A DNA stretch of 64,000 nt, taken from the NCBI GenBank assembly GCA_026418275.1, contig JAOABQ010000100.1, forward strand, positions 1 to 64,000. The letters are read 5' to 3'. Shown piece after piece: positions 22,386 through 32,088 of the stretch. The notes under the pieces were generated by a model. The model had not been told where the DNA came from. It saw only the letters and a list, made by a program, of their open reading frames with translations, and did not search any database. The position numbers and the translations under genes are program-made. Origin of the DNA: Clostridia bacterium. Its GTDB lineage: Bacteria > Bacillota > Clostridia > Acetivibrionales > DSM-2933. Numbering within the stretch: position 1 is the first letter of the stretch; each line of letters begins with the position of its first letter.

Positions 22386-22556
22386 ATGCTGGAAGTGATA
22401 AAAAAACATAAAATCATATTGGCGCTGCTTGCGATTATCATGTTAATTACCTTGATCTGGCTTGGCATTACTTTGAACAGCACGGGAAAAGTTCCTTCCA
22501 GAGGGGTCTTTGTAGAAAATAGTAATGCCATTCCCTATATCTTGGTATATGGATAA
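22386..22556 (+). CDS. small hydrophobic protein (56 aa, one TM helix), upstream of spoVAC
   Basis: ATG preceded by GGAG and a single predicted TM helix ('ILALLAIIMLITLIWLGI'). It falls below the ORF-track cutoff. The antisense ORF at 22289..22531 is probably spurious. Confidence 0.35.
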   Translation: MLEVIKKHKIILALLAIIMLITLIWLGITLNSTGKVPSRGVFVENSNAIPYILVYG

Positions 22557-22572
22557 CCAAGTGTAAACATAG

Positions 22573-23052
22573 ATGGCCAAGAAAGATTGTGTTGGAGGAG
22601 AAAGCGTGCAAAATAAAATGACAAACTCGGAATATAACCGTTATGTGGAAAAAAAATCACCAAAGTCCAAAGTGTCTAAAAACATAATAAAGGCATTTAT
22701 CGTTGGCGGCTTAATCTGTGTGATTGGACAAATGATAATAAACCTGTTGAAGCTTAGAGGAATTAAACCGGATGAGGCAGGTACAATTACTTCAATGATT
22801 TTAGTTTTTGCCGGAGCCCTTTTCACAGGACTCAATGTTTACGATGAACTTGGGCGGTTTGCAGGTGCAGGGTCCATTATACCCATTACCGGATTTGCCA
22901 ACTCCATTGTTTCTCCTGCGATGGAGTTTAAAAGTGAAGGATATATAACCGGAGTCGGGGCAAAGATGTTTGTTATTGCCGGTCCGGTACTTGTATATGG
23001 CATATTGGCATCGGTAGTTTCAGGGTTTATATATTACCTTTTAAGATTCTAG
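22573..23052 (+). CDS. spoVAC: stage V sporulation protein AC
   Basis: The 'KAFIVGGLICVIGQ' membrane core is typical of SpoVAC. Confidence 0.85.
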   Translation: MAKKDCVGGESVQNKMTNSEYNRYVEKKSPKSKVSKNIIKAFIVGGLICVIGQMIINLLKLRGIKPDEAGTITSMILVFAGALFTGLNVYDELGRFAGAGSIIPITGFANSIVSPAMEFKSEGYITGVGAKMFVIAGPVLVYGILASVVSGFIYYLLRF

Positions 23053-23202
23053 ATATGAAAGGTTTGATTATAGTTACAAACTGTAAAAGTAAATCTCAAT
23101 TACTGAAATACCGGGTTTTTAATAAACTTTAGCGGCTAAGAGAAATACCTATGCCGCTAAAAATTTGTTATCCAGAATATATAAAATATTAAGGTGATTA
23201 AA

Positions 23203-24222
23203 ATGTTAGGTAAAAGAAATGGAAAACAGACAGTAAAGTTAAAAAATCCCCCCAGCATCGTCTCGGCTGCATGCATAGTCGGACCAAAGGAAGGGCAGGG
23301 ACCCTTAAGGCTGTATTTTGACGCGATTGTTGAGGATGAAATGTGGGGGGAAAAAAGCTGGGAAAGAGCAGAAAGTAAACTTATGAGAGAAACTTTCGCC
23401 AAGATACTCAATAAGGGGGCAAAGGTTGCAACCGATGTGAATTATGTTATTGCAGGTGATTTGCTAAATCAATGTATTGCTGCAAATTTCGGTTTGAGAG
23501 AATCGGGAGTCTCCTTCTTTGGTGTTTACGGAGCGTGCTCAACAATGGCAGAATCAATGAGTTTAGGCGCAATGCTTATTGATGGAGAGCATGCGGATAA
23601 CATTGTTTGTATGACCTCCAGCCATTTTTGTTCGGCAGAAAAACAGTTTAGATTTCCTTTGGAATTGGGTTCCCAAAGGCCGCCGACAGCCCAGTGGACC
23701 GTGACTGGTTCAGGCGGAGTGCTGCTTGGGAAAGACGGAACCGGACCGTATGTAACACATGTTACAACGGGCAAAATTGTTGATATGGGGATTAAGGATG
23801 CAAATAACATGGGGGCTGCCATGGCACCTGCTGCAGTAGACACGATTTTAAGGCATTTTAAAGATACCGGTTTCACACCCCATGAGTATGACTTGATTCT
23901 TACAGGAGACCTTGGGAAATTAGGAAAAGAGATATGTTCCGAAATGCTTGAAAAGGAAGGGTATCCGATCAGCGACAGGTATGATGACTGCGGTGTTATG
24001 ATCTTTGACTGGGAAAAACAGGATGCACATGCTGGCGGAAGTGGCTGCGGGTGCTCTGCATCCGTATTTGCAGGATTCATCTACCAGGAGATGGTAAAGG
24101 GAAATCTAAATAATGTTTTGTTTGTGGCGACGGGAGCACTCATGAGTCCTACAAGCACCCAGCAAGGCGAATCGATACCCTCCATAGCCCATGCTGTCAG
24201 CATACGCAGAAGTCTATCTTAA
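23203..24222 (+). CDS. spoVAD: stage V sporulation protein AD (thiolase-fold)
   Basis: The 'MLGKR' start and the conserved Cys in 'VYGACSTMAES' fit SpoVAD. AAGGTGA RBS before ATG 23203. Confidence 0.85.
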   Translation: MLGKRNGKQTVKLKNPPSIVSAACIVGPKEGQGPLRLYFDAIVEDEMWGEKSWERAESKLMRETFAKILNKGAKVATDVNYVIAGDLLNQCIAANFGLRESGVSFFGVYGACSTMAESMSLGAMLIDGEHADNIVCMTSSHFCSAEKQFRFPLELGSQRPPTAQWTVTGSGGVLLGKDGTGPYVTHVTTGKIVDMGIKDANNMGAAMAPAAVDTILRHFKDTGFTPHEYDLILTGDLGKLGKEICSEMLEKEGYPISDRYDDCGVMIFDWEKQDAHAGGSGCGCSASVFAGFIYQEMVKGNLNNVLFVATGALMSPTSTQQGESIPSIAHAVSIRRSLS

Positions 24223-24280
24223 TAGATAATCAACCATATAATGAGTGATTTTTTAGTGAGCAAAATACCTGTAGTAAATG

Positions 24281-24387
24281 CTAGTGCCTCGTAACGTAAT
24301 TCTTTTCTAGGGAATGTGAGGCACAAACAGATGAAGTGCATTTTTAACACTTTGAAACATAAAATTTGTTGTGTTAAAAAGCACTAG
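24281..24387 (+). repeat. Family-1 dispersed palindromic repeat, copy A (inside spoVA operon, between spoVAD and spoVAEb)
   Basis: 107 bp with ctagtgc...gcactag termini. It matches the copies at 25131, 37294 and 55595 and has two internal hairpins. Confidence 0.8.
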
Positions 24388-24497
24388 TTTGCAAGCTGGA
24401 AAAATCTCTTTTAGATTTCAATATCTTCATACTTGGATTTTTGAGGTTTGAACCGAGAAGAGACGGCAAAAAATAGATTAGGAATTGAGGTGGAATC

Positions 24498-24869
24498 ATG
24501 AATAGCGGATTTTTATCTTATGTCAGTGCATTCATCGTAGGCGGCATTATTTGTACGGTTGGTCAGGTACTCATCGATAAAACGAAGCTTACAGCTGCAA
24601 AAATCCTTGTTTTGTTTGTTACCAGTGGTGCTGTCCTAACAGCACTTGGGGTTTACCAAAAGATTGTTGATATCGGTGGAGCCGGTGCAACTGTGCCTCT
24701 AACCGGGTTTGGCTACAGCCTTGCAAAGGGTGCTTTTAAGGAGGTTGACCAATTTGGTTTGCTAGGTGCATTTACAGGAGGGTTAAAAGCGACCGCTGCC
24801 GGTATTACAGCAGCGGTGGTGTTTGGGTATATTGCGTCTGTGGCTTTCCGGCCAAAAGCAAAAAGATAA
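24498..24869 (+). CDS. spoVAEb: stage V sporulation protein AEb
   Basis: 'AFIVGGIICTVGQVL' core, 123 aa, paralogous to SpoVAC. Confidence 0.85.
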   Translation: MNSGFLSYVSAFIVGGIICTVGQVLIDKTKLTAAKILVLFVTSGAVLTALGVYQKIVDIGGAGATVPLTGFGYSLAKGAFKEVDQFGLLGAFTGGLKATAAGITAAVVFGYIASVAFRPKAKR

Positions 24870-25130
24870 AAATCATTAAGAATGATCTTTTGTACTCATT
24901 TGCATTAAAAATCAGAATAAGCCGTTTCCTGGAAAAGCACACATCTTAGCAGTTTGGTTGACGGAATACAACTAAGTTTATTAGGTTAGAGGAACGATGA
25001 TGCTAAAGCATAACAACATGCAAATTCTCCCGGGCAAATCCAAACTTCCTTTGAACAGTGGATTCCAATTTCCTTACTCGGATTAACATGCTCTAAAGCA
25101 CTTAGTTTATGTTCTTTCCACCTAATAAAC

Positions 25131-25236
25131 CTAGTGCTTTTTAACACAACAAATTTTAAGTTTCAAAGTGTTAAAAATGCACTTCCTCTGTTTGTGCCTC
25201 GCATATCTAGAAAAGAATTATGTTACGAGGCACTAG
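25131..25236 (-). repeat. Family-1 repeat, copy B
   Basis: Reverse-complement match to copy A. It lies between the convergent spoVAEb and splB genes and is preceded by a ~24-bp imperfect inverted pair (24978-25001 / 25108-25131). Confidence 0.8.
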
Positions 25237-25361
25237 CTAGCACAACGAGTTAAGTTTAATGCAAATGAATGAAAGCAATTTAACGAATAAAGGACTTTTA
25301 AGAATGCTTGTGCAGGATGTATTTTAGTTGAGAACCTATCTTTTACATATATCTCTTGCTT

Positions 25362-26390
25362 TCAAGTAAAATATTCAATCCGGGCTTGAGGAAATCTTTC
25401 AAGGATAAGGTCGGACAAAAACTTTTTAATTTCTTCCGCTGTTTCCTTAGGATATACATACTTATATCTTCCATACTTTCCCCATTTCAGAATGCGCTTG
25501 GATTCATCCAAATCCAGCTTGGTGCCTGGAAATCTTTTTAAAATAAAGGTTTTGGCAATGGGAGTGAACCGATGCTGAATTAATTCAAAGGTAACAGGCT
25601 CATCCGATTTAGTCAAATCGATTTGCTGCCGAAGACGATCAAAAAGTTCTGTATATTCTTCCTTCCAGGTTGGGTATACCATGATAGGAGCAACAATAAA
25701 ACCAATGGGGTAGCCAGCTGAGGCGATTTTTGACGCAGCTTCAATCCTTTCATCAAAACTTGCTGTATTATGTTCAAAATTTTTAATAATATAGCGCGTT
25801 CCAATACTAACCCTAAACCGGGTATGTCCGTTATGTTTTAGGGGAAGTAGAGAATCTACGTTGCTAAACTTGGTTACAACCCTTAGTCTTGCATTATTCA
25901 TAGAACCGAAAAAATCGATGGTTTTAGCAAGGGTTCCTGTTATATGCTCTAGTGATAGGGGGTCTCCCGAACTTGCAACCTCAAAGGTTGTAATGGGCTT
26001 GTTTTCTTTCTTAATATGCTCCTTAATGGTATTGAAGATTTCTTCAAGATTTACATACACGCGAAGATAGGGTTTATACCCCTGGGTTGTTTGCAGATAG
26101 CAATATTCACAATTTCCCGGACAATTGGTTACAAGTGAAAACTCATAATCCGCAGAGGGTTTGCAAACATCCAGCTTTAATCCTTTTTTTACCGTTATTA
26201 CAAGTGTTTTTTTAGATCGGGCATATTTTTGCTGCTCATCGACCCCTGGAATAAGCTTGGAAACATTCTGAATGGATGATTTGATAATTTCTATATTTCT
26301 GCTTTCGAAGTAATGATATAATTCTTCACCCAAAGGATACTTCAGTGAACTTGGGTCAAAGAAAACTCGTTCCGGCATAAATAAATTCAT
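25362..26390 (-). CDS. splB: spore photoproduct lyase (radical SAM)
   Basis: Radical-SAM motif 'CPGNCEYCY', 342 aa. Confidence 0.85.
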   Translation of the reverse strand: MNLFMPERVFFDPSSLKYPLGEELYHYFESRNIEIIKSSIQNVSKLIPGVDEQQKYARSKKTLVITVKKGLKLDVCKPSADYEFSLVTNCPGNCEYCYLQTTQGYKPYLRVYVNLEEIFNTIKEHIKKENKPITTFEVASSGDPLSLEHITGTLAKTIDFFGSMNNARLRVVTKFSNVDSLLPLKHNGHTRFRVSIGTRYIIKNFEHNTASFDERIEAASKIASAGYPIGFIVAPIMVYPTWKEEYTELFDRLRQQIDLTKSDEPVTFELIQHRFTPIAKTFILKRFPGTKLDLDESKRILKWGKYGRYKYVYPKETAEEIKKFLSDLILERFPQARIEYFT

Positions 26391-26929
26391 TTACATAACC
26401 TCCGATTTATAGAAATCCTAGTTTTTATAATTTCTCAAACCTTTATAGGGATAAGTTTCCTTGATTTAAAAAGCTATATACTTTATATTTGTAATATTCC
26501 GATAAACTGCAAATCTATGCATACTTGGGATATGGGAAGAAAATACTACGAGTATTGCGAATTAAATTCCCTCATATATAAATAAAGCAAGAAAAAAATG
26601 CAATGAAAAGAAGGATTTTTATCTTTAATATAGAATAGTTAATTATATATAATTTATGTTTCATTTAAGTACTTTCTAGTATGGTTTACTTTTATTCTAT
26701 TGTTTAATATTTGAAAGATTAGTTTTCCCACAATATTTTCGCTATAAGAGTAATATTTTATATTAAAGACTTTACCTGAGTTGTCCAAATATATGGATGG
26801 TATTTGAATATTTTCAAATACCTTGAAATTTATGTGTTTGACAGGGTCTTTTTATAAACATTTATAGTACATCTTAAAGCCGCTGCAGAAAGCTGTGCAA
26901 ACAAAAATGACGAAGGTGGGAATTATGGC

Positions 26930-27397
26930 ATGAATATTGAGTATATAAATCCGTTCATTGAAGCGAGTCAGACCGTTTTAAAACAAGGTGCAAATATTGA
27001 TGCAAAGCTAGGTAAGGTTTATGTTAAGGATGCTCCATATAATAGTGACTGTGTTCTCATTATTGTAGGCCTCACGGGTAAAATTCGGGGACAGGCGATG
27101 TTTACCATGGGAAAGGAAGTTGCAATGTATATTGCCTCCAATATGATGGGTGGATGGCCGCTTACCGATCTTGACGAAATTGCTAAAAGTGCAATTTCGG
27201 AGCTTACCAACATGATTCTTGGAAACACAGCCACCATTCTTTATAATAAAGGGATCGGGATAGAAATTACTCCACCTTCCTTTCTAATGGGGGAAAATTT
27301 ACAGGTTTCACCCAATAAGATGAAAACCATTAGTATACCTTTAATTCTTAATGAATCGGATATGATTATGGAAATAGATCTTTCTGTAGTAGATTAA
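26930..27397 (+). CDS. cheX: chemotaxis phosphatase CheX (CheC/CheX/FliY family)
   Basis: 'INPFIEA' N-terminus and 'ELTNMILGN' motif, 155 aa. Confidence 0.75.
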   Translation: MNIEYINPFIEASQTVLKQGANIDAKLGKVYVKDAPYNSDCVLIIVGLTGKIRGQAMFTMGKEVAMYIASNMMGGWPLTDLDEIAKSAISELTNMILGNTATILYNKGIGIEITPPSFLMGENLQVSPNKMKTISIPLILNESDMIMEIDLSVVD

Positions 27398-27897
27398 TAG
27401 ACTGTATTTAATGGAAAAGGTGGCCGAGTGAAGCCATCTTTTTATTGACGGTATTGTGAAGCAGCCACCAAAATCATCCATGATTGTGCATGGGTGATTT
27501 TTATTTTTCTACCGTATAATATTTTATTTGTTGGAAAAATTCTAATTTATGATAATATATAAGTAAAGATAGCCAAAGGTAAAATATGTGACTTCTAGAA
27601 AACGAAACACCCATAAAGTAAGCCTGGGAAACACTTTCAGAGGAGCTTTTAACGGTCTAAAATACGATAAAGGGTTATTCGTACTTATTTCCACTGAATT
27701 TACTAATTTTCCATAAATCAATTGCGGGGATCAATGCTTTTTGAGGGGGTACATATTGCTTTTAGCGGAAATGGTTATATTTAATTTACGTACTGCCAAA
27801 TAACCAAGGATCGTTTTCTGTGCACAACTTAGAAAAATCTATATCATTTTGCTTTTATGGTTTGGTTAAGTATAAAGACTTAAATAGGAGGAAAGAA

Positions 27898-28392
27898 ATG
27901 CCGATCAATATAGTGCTGGTGGAGCCGGAAATACCTCAAAATACGGGGAATATCGTCAGAACATGTGCATCCACAGGGACATCCCTTCATTTGATAAGAC
28001 CCTTGGGCTTTTCAGTTGAAGACAGGTATTTGAAAAGAGCGGGGCTTGATTACTGGGACCTGATAGATATCTGTTATTATGATAGTTTTGATGAACTTAG
28101 GGTAAAATATAAAAACAATAAATTTTATTATGCCACTACAAAGGCAGTGAAGACTTATACGGATGTATGCTATGAAAAGGATTGTTTTTTAGTTTTTGGA
28201 AAGGAAACAGCCGGTCTTCCTGAGGAATTACTTAAAGAGAATAAGGAAGGCTGCATCCGAATACCTATGAAGGAAGATGTAAGGTCTTTAAATTTATCCA
28301 ACTCTGTTGCAGTTATCTTATTTGAGGCTTTAAGGCAGCAAGGGTTTGAGGGACTTTTAGGCCAGGGAAATTTGACAAAGTACAATTGGTAA
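27898..28392 (+). CDS. trmL: tRNA (cytidine/uridine-2'-O)-methyltransferase TrmL (SpoU/TrmH family)
   Basis: 'IVLVEPEIPQNTGNIVRTCA' and 'LVFGKETAGLP' motifs. RBS AGGAGG before ATG 27898. Confidence 0.8.
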   Translation: MPINIVLVEPEIPQNTGNIVRTCASTGTSLHLIRPLGFSVEDRYLKRAGLDYWDLIDICYYDSFDELRVKYKNNKFYYATTKAVKTYTDVCYEKDCFLVFGKETAGLPEELLKENKEGCIRIPMKEDVRSLNLSNSVAVILFEALRQQGFEGLLGQGNLTKYNW

Positions 28393-28432
28393 AATGAAAA
28401 AGATAAAATTGCACCTTTAAGGAGTGACAGGA

Positions 28433-29545
28433 ATGGTTAACAGAGAGAGAATGGTTAAGGAATTTGTTGAATTGGTTCGGATTGACAGCCTTTCCCTAAA
28501 GGAAAGGGAAATGGCGGACCGGCTAACACGAAAGCTAGAAGAGATGGGCTATACCGTATACGAGGATGAGGCAGGGAATAAGGCTGCAGGAAATGCGGGG
28601 AACCTCATATGCAGCATCAAGGGAGAAAAGAATGTATCCCCCATACTTTTAATGGCACATATGGACACGGTTGTGCCCGGCATTGGTAAAAATCCGGTAG
28701 TGGGGGATAAACTGATAAAATCGGATGGGACTACAATTCTTGGAGGAGATGATGTAGCGGGAATTGAATGTATCCTGGAAGCCTTGCGTGTGTTAAAGGA
28801 AGATGGAATAAAGCACGGCGATATTCAGGTGGTGTTTACCATTGCGGAGGAAGTGGGGTTATTGGGAGCGAAATACCTGGATTACGATAAAATTCATGCA
28901 AAGTATGGTTTTGTAATGGATGATGGGGGTAAAATCGGGCATGTAGCCAATCGTGCACCATCACAGGATAAAATCGATATTACCGTAAAAGGTAAGGCAG
29001 CCCATGCAGGGGTAGAGCCGCAAAAGGGGATCAGTGCCATTCAAATTGCGGCGGATGCCATATCCGGCATGAAGTTGGGACGGATTGATCCGGAAACCAC
29101 TGCCAACATAGGAATTATCTCCGGAGGGCAGGCTACAAATATTATTTGTGACACGGTTGAAATCAAAGCAGAATCAAGGAGCAGGGATGAAAACAAGCTG
29201 CGTACCCAAACCGACCATATGCGGGAATGTTTTGAGCGGGCAGCAAAGAAGTTTGGCGGATCGGTTGTGTTTAAAGCAGAGCAGATGTACCCTTCATTCC
29301 ATGTGGTGGAAACAGATGAAATTTGCGATATACTGAGAAAAGCAGCAGATGAAGTGGGGATTAAGCTGGAACTCGAAGCGACAGGCGGCGGCAGTGACAC
29401 CAATATCATAAACAGTAAAGGGATTCGTGCTGTGGATATCAGTGTGGGCATGGATAAGGTTCACAGTGTGGAAGAACAGATTGCAATTGAAGATTTGGTA
29501 AAAGCTGCCCAGTTTTTGGTAGCAATTATTAAAAACGTTCAGTAA
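28433..29545 (+). CDS. M20-family metallopeptidase (PepT-like tripeptidase / peptidase M20)
   Basis: 'AHMDTV' and 'GGDDVAG' metal-binding motifs and 'EEVGLLGAK' motif. Confidence 0.7.
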   Translation: MVNRERMVKEFVELVRIDSLSLKEREMADRLTRKLEEMGYTVYEDEAGNKAAGNAGNLICSIKGEKNVSPILLMAHMDTVVPGIGKNPVVGDKLIKSDGTTILGGDDVAGIECILEALRVLKEDGIKHGDIQVVFTIAEEVGLLGAKYLDYDKIHAKYGFVMDDGGKIGHVANRAPSQDKIDITVKGKAAHAGVEPQKGISAIQIAADAISGMKLGRIDPETTANIGIISGGQATNIICDTVEIKAESRSRDENKLRTQTDHMRECFERAAKKFGGSVVFKAEQMYPSFHVVETDEICDILRKAADEVGIKLELEATGGGSDTNIINSKGIRAVDISVGMDKVHSVEEQIAIEDLVKAAQFLVAIIKNVQ

Positions 29546-29559
29546 AGGAGGAGTACGGG

Positions 29560-30645
29560 ATGACCAAAAAGATTGGGGTACTAACGGGTGGCGGAGATTG
29601 TCCGGGGCTGAATGCGGTTATCAGAGCGGTAGTAAAAACGGCTATGATAAAGTACGGATATGAAGTGGTTGGGTTCAGAGACGGATATAGAGGGCTTGTG
29701 CTGGATGACTATTTGGAATTTAAGCCGGGAGATGTTTCGGGTATTCTGGATAAAGGAGGCACTATCCTTGGAACTTCCAACAGAGATAACCCTTTTAAAT
29801 TCAAAGTTGAGGAAAACGGCAATACAGTCTACAAGGACATGTCGGACAGAGTGATTGAAAACGTTAAAAAACATGAGATCGATTGTATGGTACTGATTGG
29901 CGGTGACGGTACCCTTACCAGTGCAAGGGACTTTTCTAACAAAGGTTTAAATGTAGTGGGTGTACCTAAGACTATTGACAATGACCTGTCTGCTACTGAT
30001 ACTACCTTTGGTTTTATGACTGCAGTTGAGACTGCTACCGATGCCATTGACAAACTTCATTCAACGGCTGAGTCCCATCACAGGGTGATGATTCTTGAGG
30101 TAATGGGGAGGTATGCCGGATGGATTGCGCTTGAAGCAGGGATTGCAGGAGGAGCAGATGTTATCTTGATTCCTGAGATTCCCTATGATATCAATAAAGT
30201 TGCACAAAAGGTCATTGAAAGAAAAAATCAAGGCAAGAGCTTTAGTATTGTCGTGGTCGCAGAAGGGGCTAAATCACTGGATGGTGAAATGATTGTTAGC
30301 AAAGTGGTTAAAGACAGCCCCGATCCTATCCGTCTTGGGGGAATTGGGAACGCAGTTGCTGAGAGAATTGAAAAGCTAACCGGGATAGAGACCCGGGTAA
30401 CTGTATTGGGTCACCTTCAAAGAGGAGGCAGACCGGTTCCTTTTGACAGGATCCTTTCCACCAGATATGGGGTTGCGGCGGTTGAAATGGTTCATGAAGG
30501 GAAATACGGCCGGATGGTAAGCTTACAAGGAAATCATATCACTTCCGTTCCTTTGGAGGCCGCTGTAGGTAAGTTAAAAACAGTTGCACCGGAGGGGGAG
30601 TTGGTTAAAATTGCGAAAAGCATAGGGCTTAGTTTTGGAGATTAA
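29560..30645 (+). CDS. pfkA: 6-phosphofructokinase (PfkA family; mixed ATP/PPi signature residues)
   Basis: 'GVLTGGGDCPGLN', 'GGDGTL', 'PKTIDND' and 'MGRYAGW' motifs, 361 aa. Confidence 0.85.
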   Translation: MTKKIGVLTGGGDCPGLNAVIRAVVKTAMIKYGYEVVGFRDGYRGLVLDDYLEFKPGDVSGILDKGGTILGTSNRDNPFKFKVEENGNTVYKDMSDRVIENVKKHEIDCMVLIGGDGTLTSARDFSNKGLNVVGVPKTIDNDLSATDTTFGFMTAVETATDAIDKLHSTAESHHRVMILEVMGRYAGWIALEAGIAGGADVILIPEIPYDINKVAQKVIERKNQGKSFSIVVVAEGAKSLDGEMIVSKVVKDSPDPIRLGGIGNAVAERIEKLTGIETRVTVLGHLQRGGRPVPFDRILSTRYGVAAVEMVHEGKYGRMVSLQGNHITSVPLEAAVGKLKTVAPEGELVKIAKSIGLSFGD

Positions 30646-30646
30646 T

Positions 30647-31543
30647 ATGTTTGAATTTTCTGATATTACTTTAAGAGATAAGGTTCTTTTCGACCGGTAT
30701 TTAAGAGGGTATAATCCACGGATTTCTGAAATGACTTTTACCAATCTTTTTATGTGGAGAAACGCTTATAATCTCCGGTATAGCGAAATAGGAGGTTTTC
30801 TTTGCATTGTTTCTGTGCCTAAGGAAGGAGAGCCATTTGCTTTTTTTCCCTTAGGTGCAGGGGAAGAAAACTTTTTAAGTATTTTAATGAGAATGAAAGA
30901 GTTGTTTTTTAAAAACGGCTGGAAGTTGATTTTTAAAAGGGTTTCAGAGGAACAGCTCCAATTTTTTAAAGGAATCGTAGACTTCGAGAGAGATATATTC
31001 TTAGATAGAGATAACAGCGATTATCTTTATAAAGCGGAGGATTTAATTCATTTAAAAGGGAAAAAATATGATGGAAAGAGAAATCATATCAATCGTTTTA
31101 AGAAAGAGTACAGCTTTGAATATGTAGAATTGGATACAAAATTAATTGACTATTGCCAAGAGATTATGTTAGACTGGTGTCTTCACAGGGGATGCGATCA
31201 TCATAAGGCGCTTTACTGCGAAAAACTGGCCAACAGTGAGCTTTTAAATAATTATGAAAAGCTCCGGTGCAAGGGGGCTTTAATCAAAGTCGAGGGCAAG
31301 TATGCAGCATTTACCATTGGTGAGATGTTAAACAGGGATACGGCAGTCATACATATTGAAAAGGCAAACGACAAAATTCAAGGTTTGTATACATTTATAA
31401 ATCAGAAGTTTTGCGAAAATGTATGGAATGATGCAGTGTATATTAACAGGGAACAGGATTTGGGGATGGAGGGCCTGCGTCGTGCAAAGCTCTCCTATCA
31501 TCCTGTAGAAATTATTCACAAATATACGGTCATCGTAGGATAA
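30647..31543 (+). CDS. DUF2156-like protein (MprF C-terminal aminoacyl-transferase-like fold), function unknown
   Basis: The N-terminal 'MTFTNLFMWRNAY' segment is characteristic of the LPG-synthase C-terminal/DUF2156 family. Its start overlaps the pfk stop. Confidence 0.4.
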   Translation: MFEFSDITLRDKVLFDRYLRGYNPRISEMTFTNLFMWRNAYNLRYSEIGGFLCIVSVPKEGEPFAFFPLGAGEENFLSILMRMKELFFKNGWKLIFKRVSEEQLQFFKGIVDFERDIFLDRDNSDYLYKAEDLIHLKGKKYDGKRNHINRFKKEYSFEYVELDTKLIDYCQEIMLDWCLHRGCDHHKALYCEKLANSELLNNYEKLRCKGALIKVEGKYAAFTIGEMLNRDTAVIHIEKANDKIQGLYTFINQKFCENVWNDAVYINREQDLGMEGLRRAKLSYHPVEIIHKYTVIVG

Positions 31544-31667
31544 ATATGGTCAGGATAGGGGCAGGGAAGTAAGTATTCATTAGAGGAATAGTTGTATCAA
31601 TGATTTTATAAGAATAATCAACAACTTTTCGCTTATAAACATGAGATATAAAAAGGGAGAAGAGGAT

Positions 31668-31958
31668 ATGCTTACAGGAAAGCAGCGCAGCTATTTAAGA
31701 GGATTGGCCAATGAAATTCAGCCAATATTTCAAGTTGGAAAAGGCGGAATCAGCGATAATATGATCAAGCAGTTTAATGATGCATTAGAAGCCAGAGAAT
31801 TGGTAAAGGCTACAGTTTTAAAAAATGCATTGGTGGATACCCGGGAAGTATGCGAAGAGATTGCCCGGCAGGCTGGTGCCGAGGTTGTTCAGGTAATCGG
31901 CAGTAAATTTGTTTTATATAAGGAATCCAAGGACAATAAGGTTATTAGATTACCCTAA
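31668..31958 (+). CDS. yhbY: ribosome assembly RNA-binding protein YhbY (CRM domain)
   Basis: 'LTGKQRSYLRGLAN' and 'QVGKGGI' motifs, 96 aa. Confidence 0.85.
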   Translation: MLTGKQRSYLRGLANEIQPIFQVGKGGISDNMIKQFNDALEARELVKATVLKNALVDTREVCEEIARQAGAEVVQVIGSKFVLYKESKDNKVIRLP

Positions 31959-32088
31959 TCTTAGAACGGGAATTTTCGAAATATATGGTATGGAGGAACA
32001 CCGGAGAAGTCTAAAGGAAGTGCTTACGGCACGGGATTTCCTTTCCGGGAAACTCTGAATGTTTATTGTTTTTATAGGGGTGTTGAAC

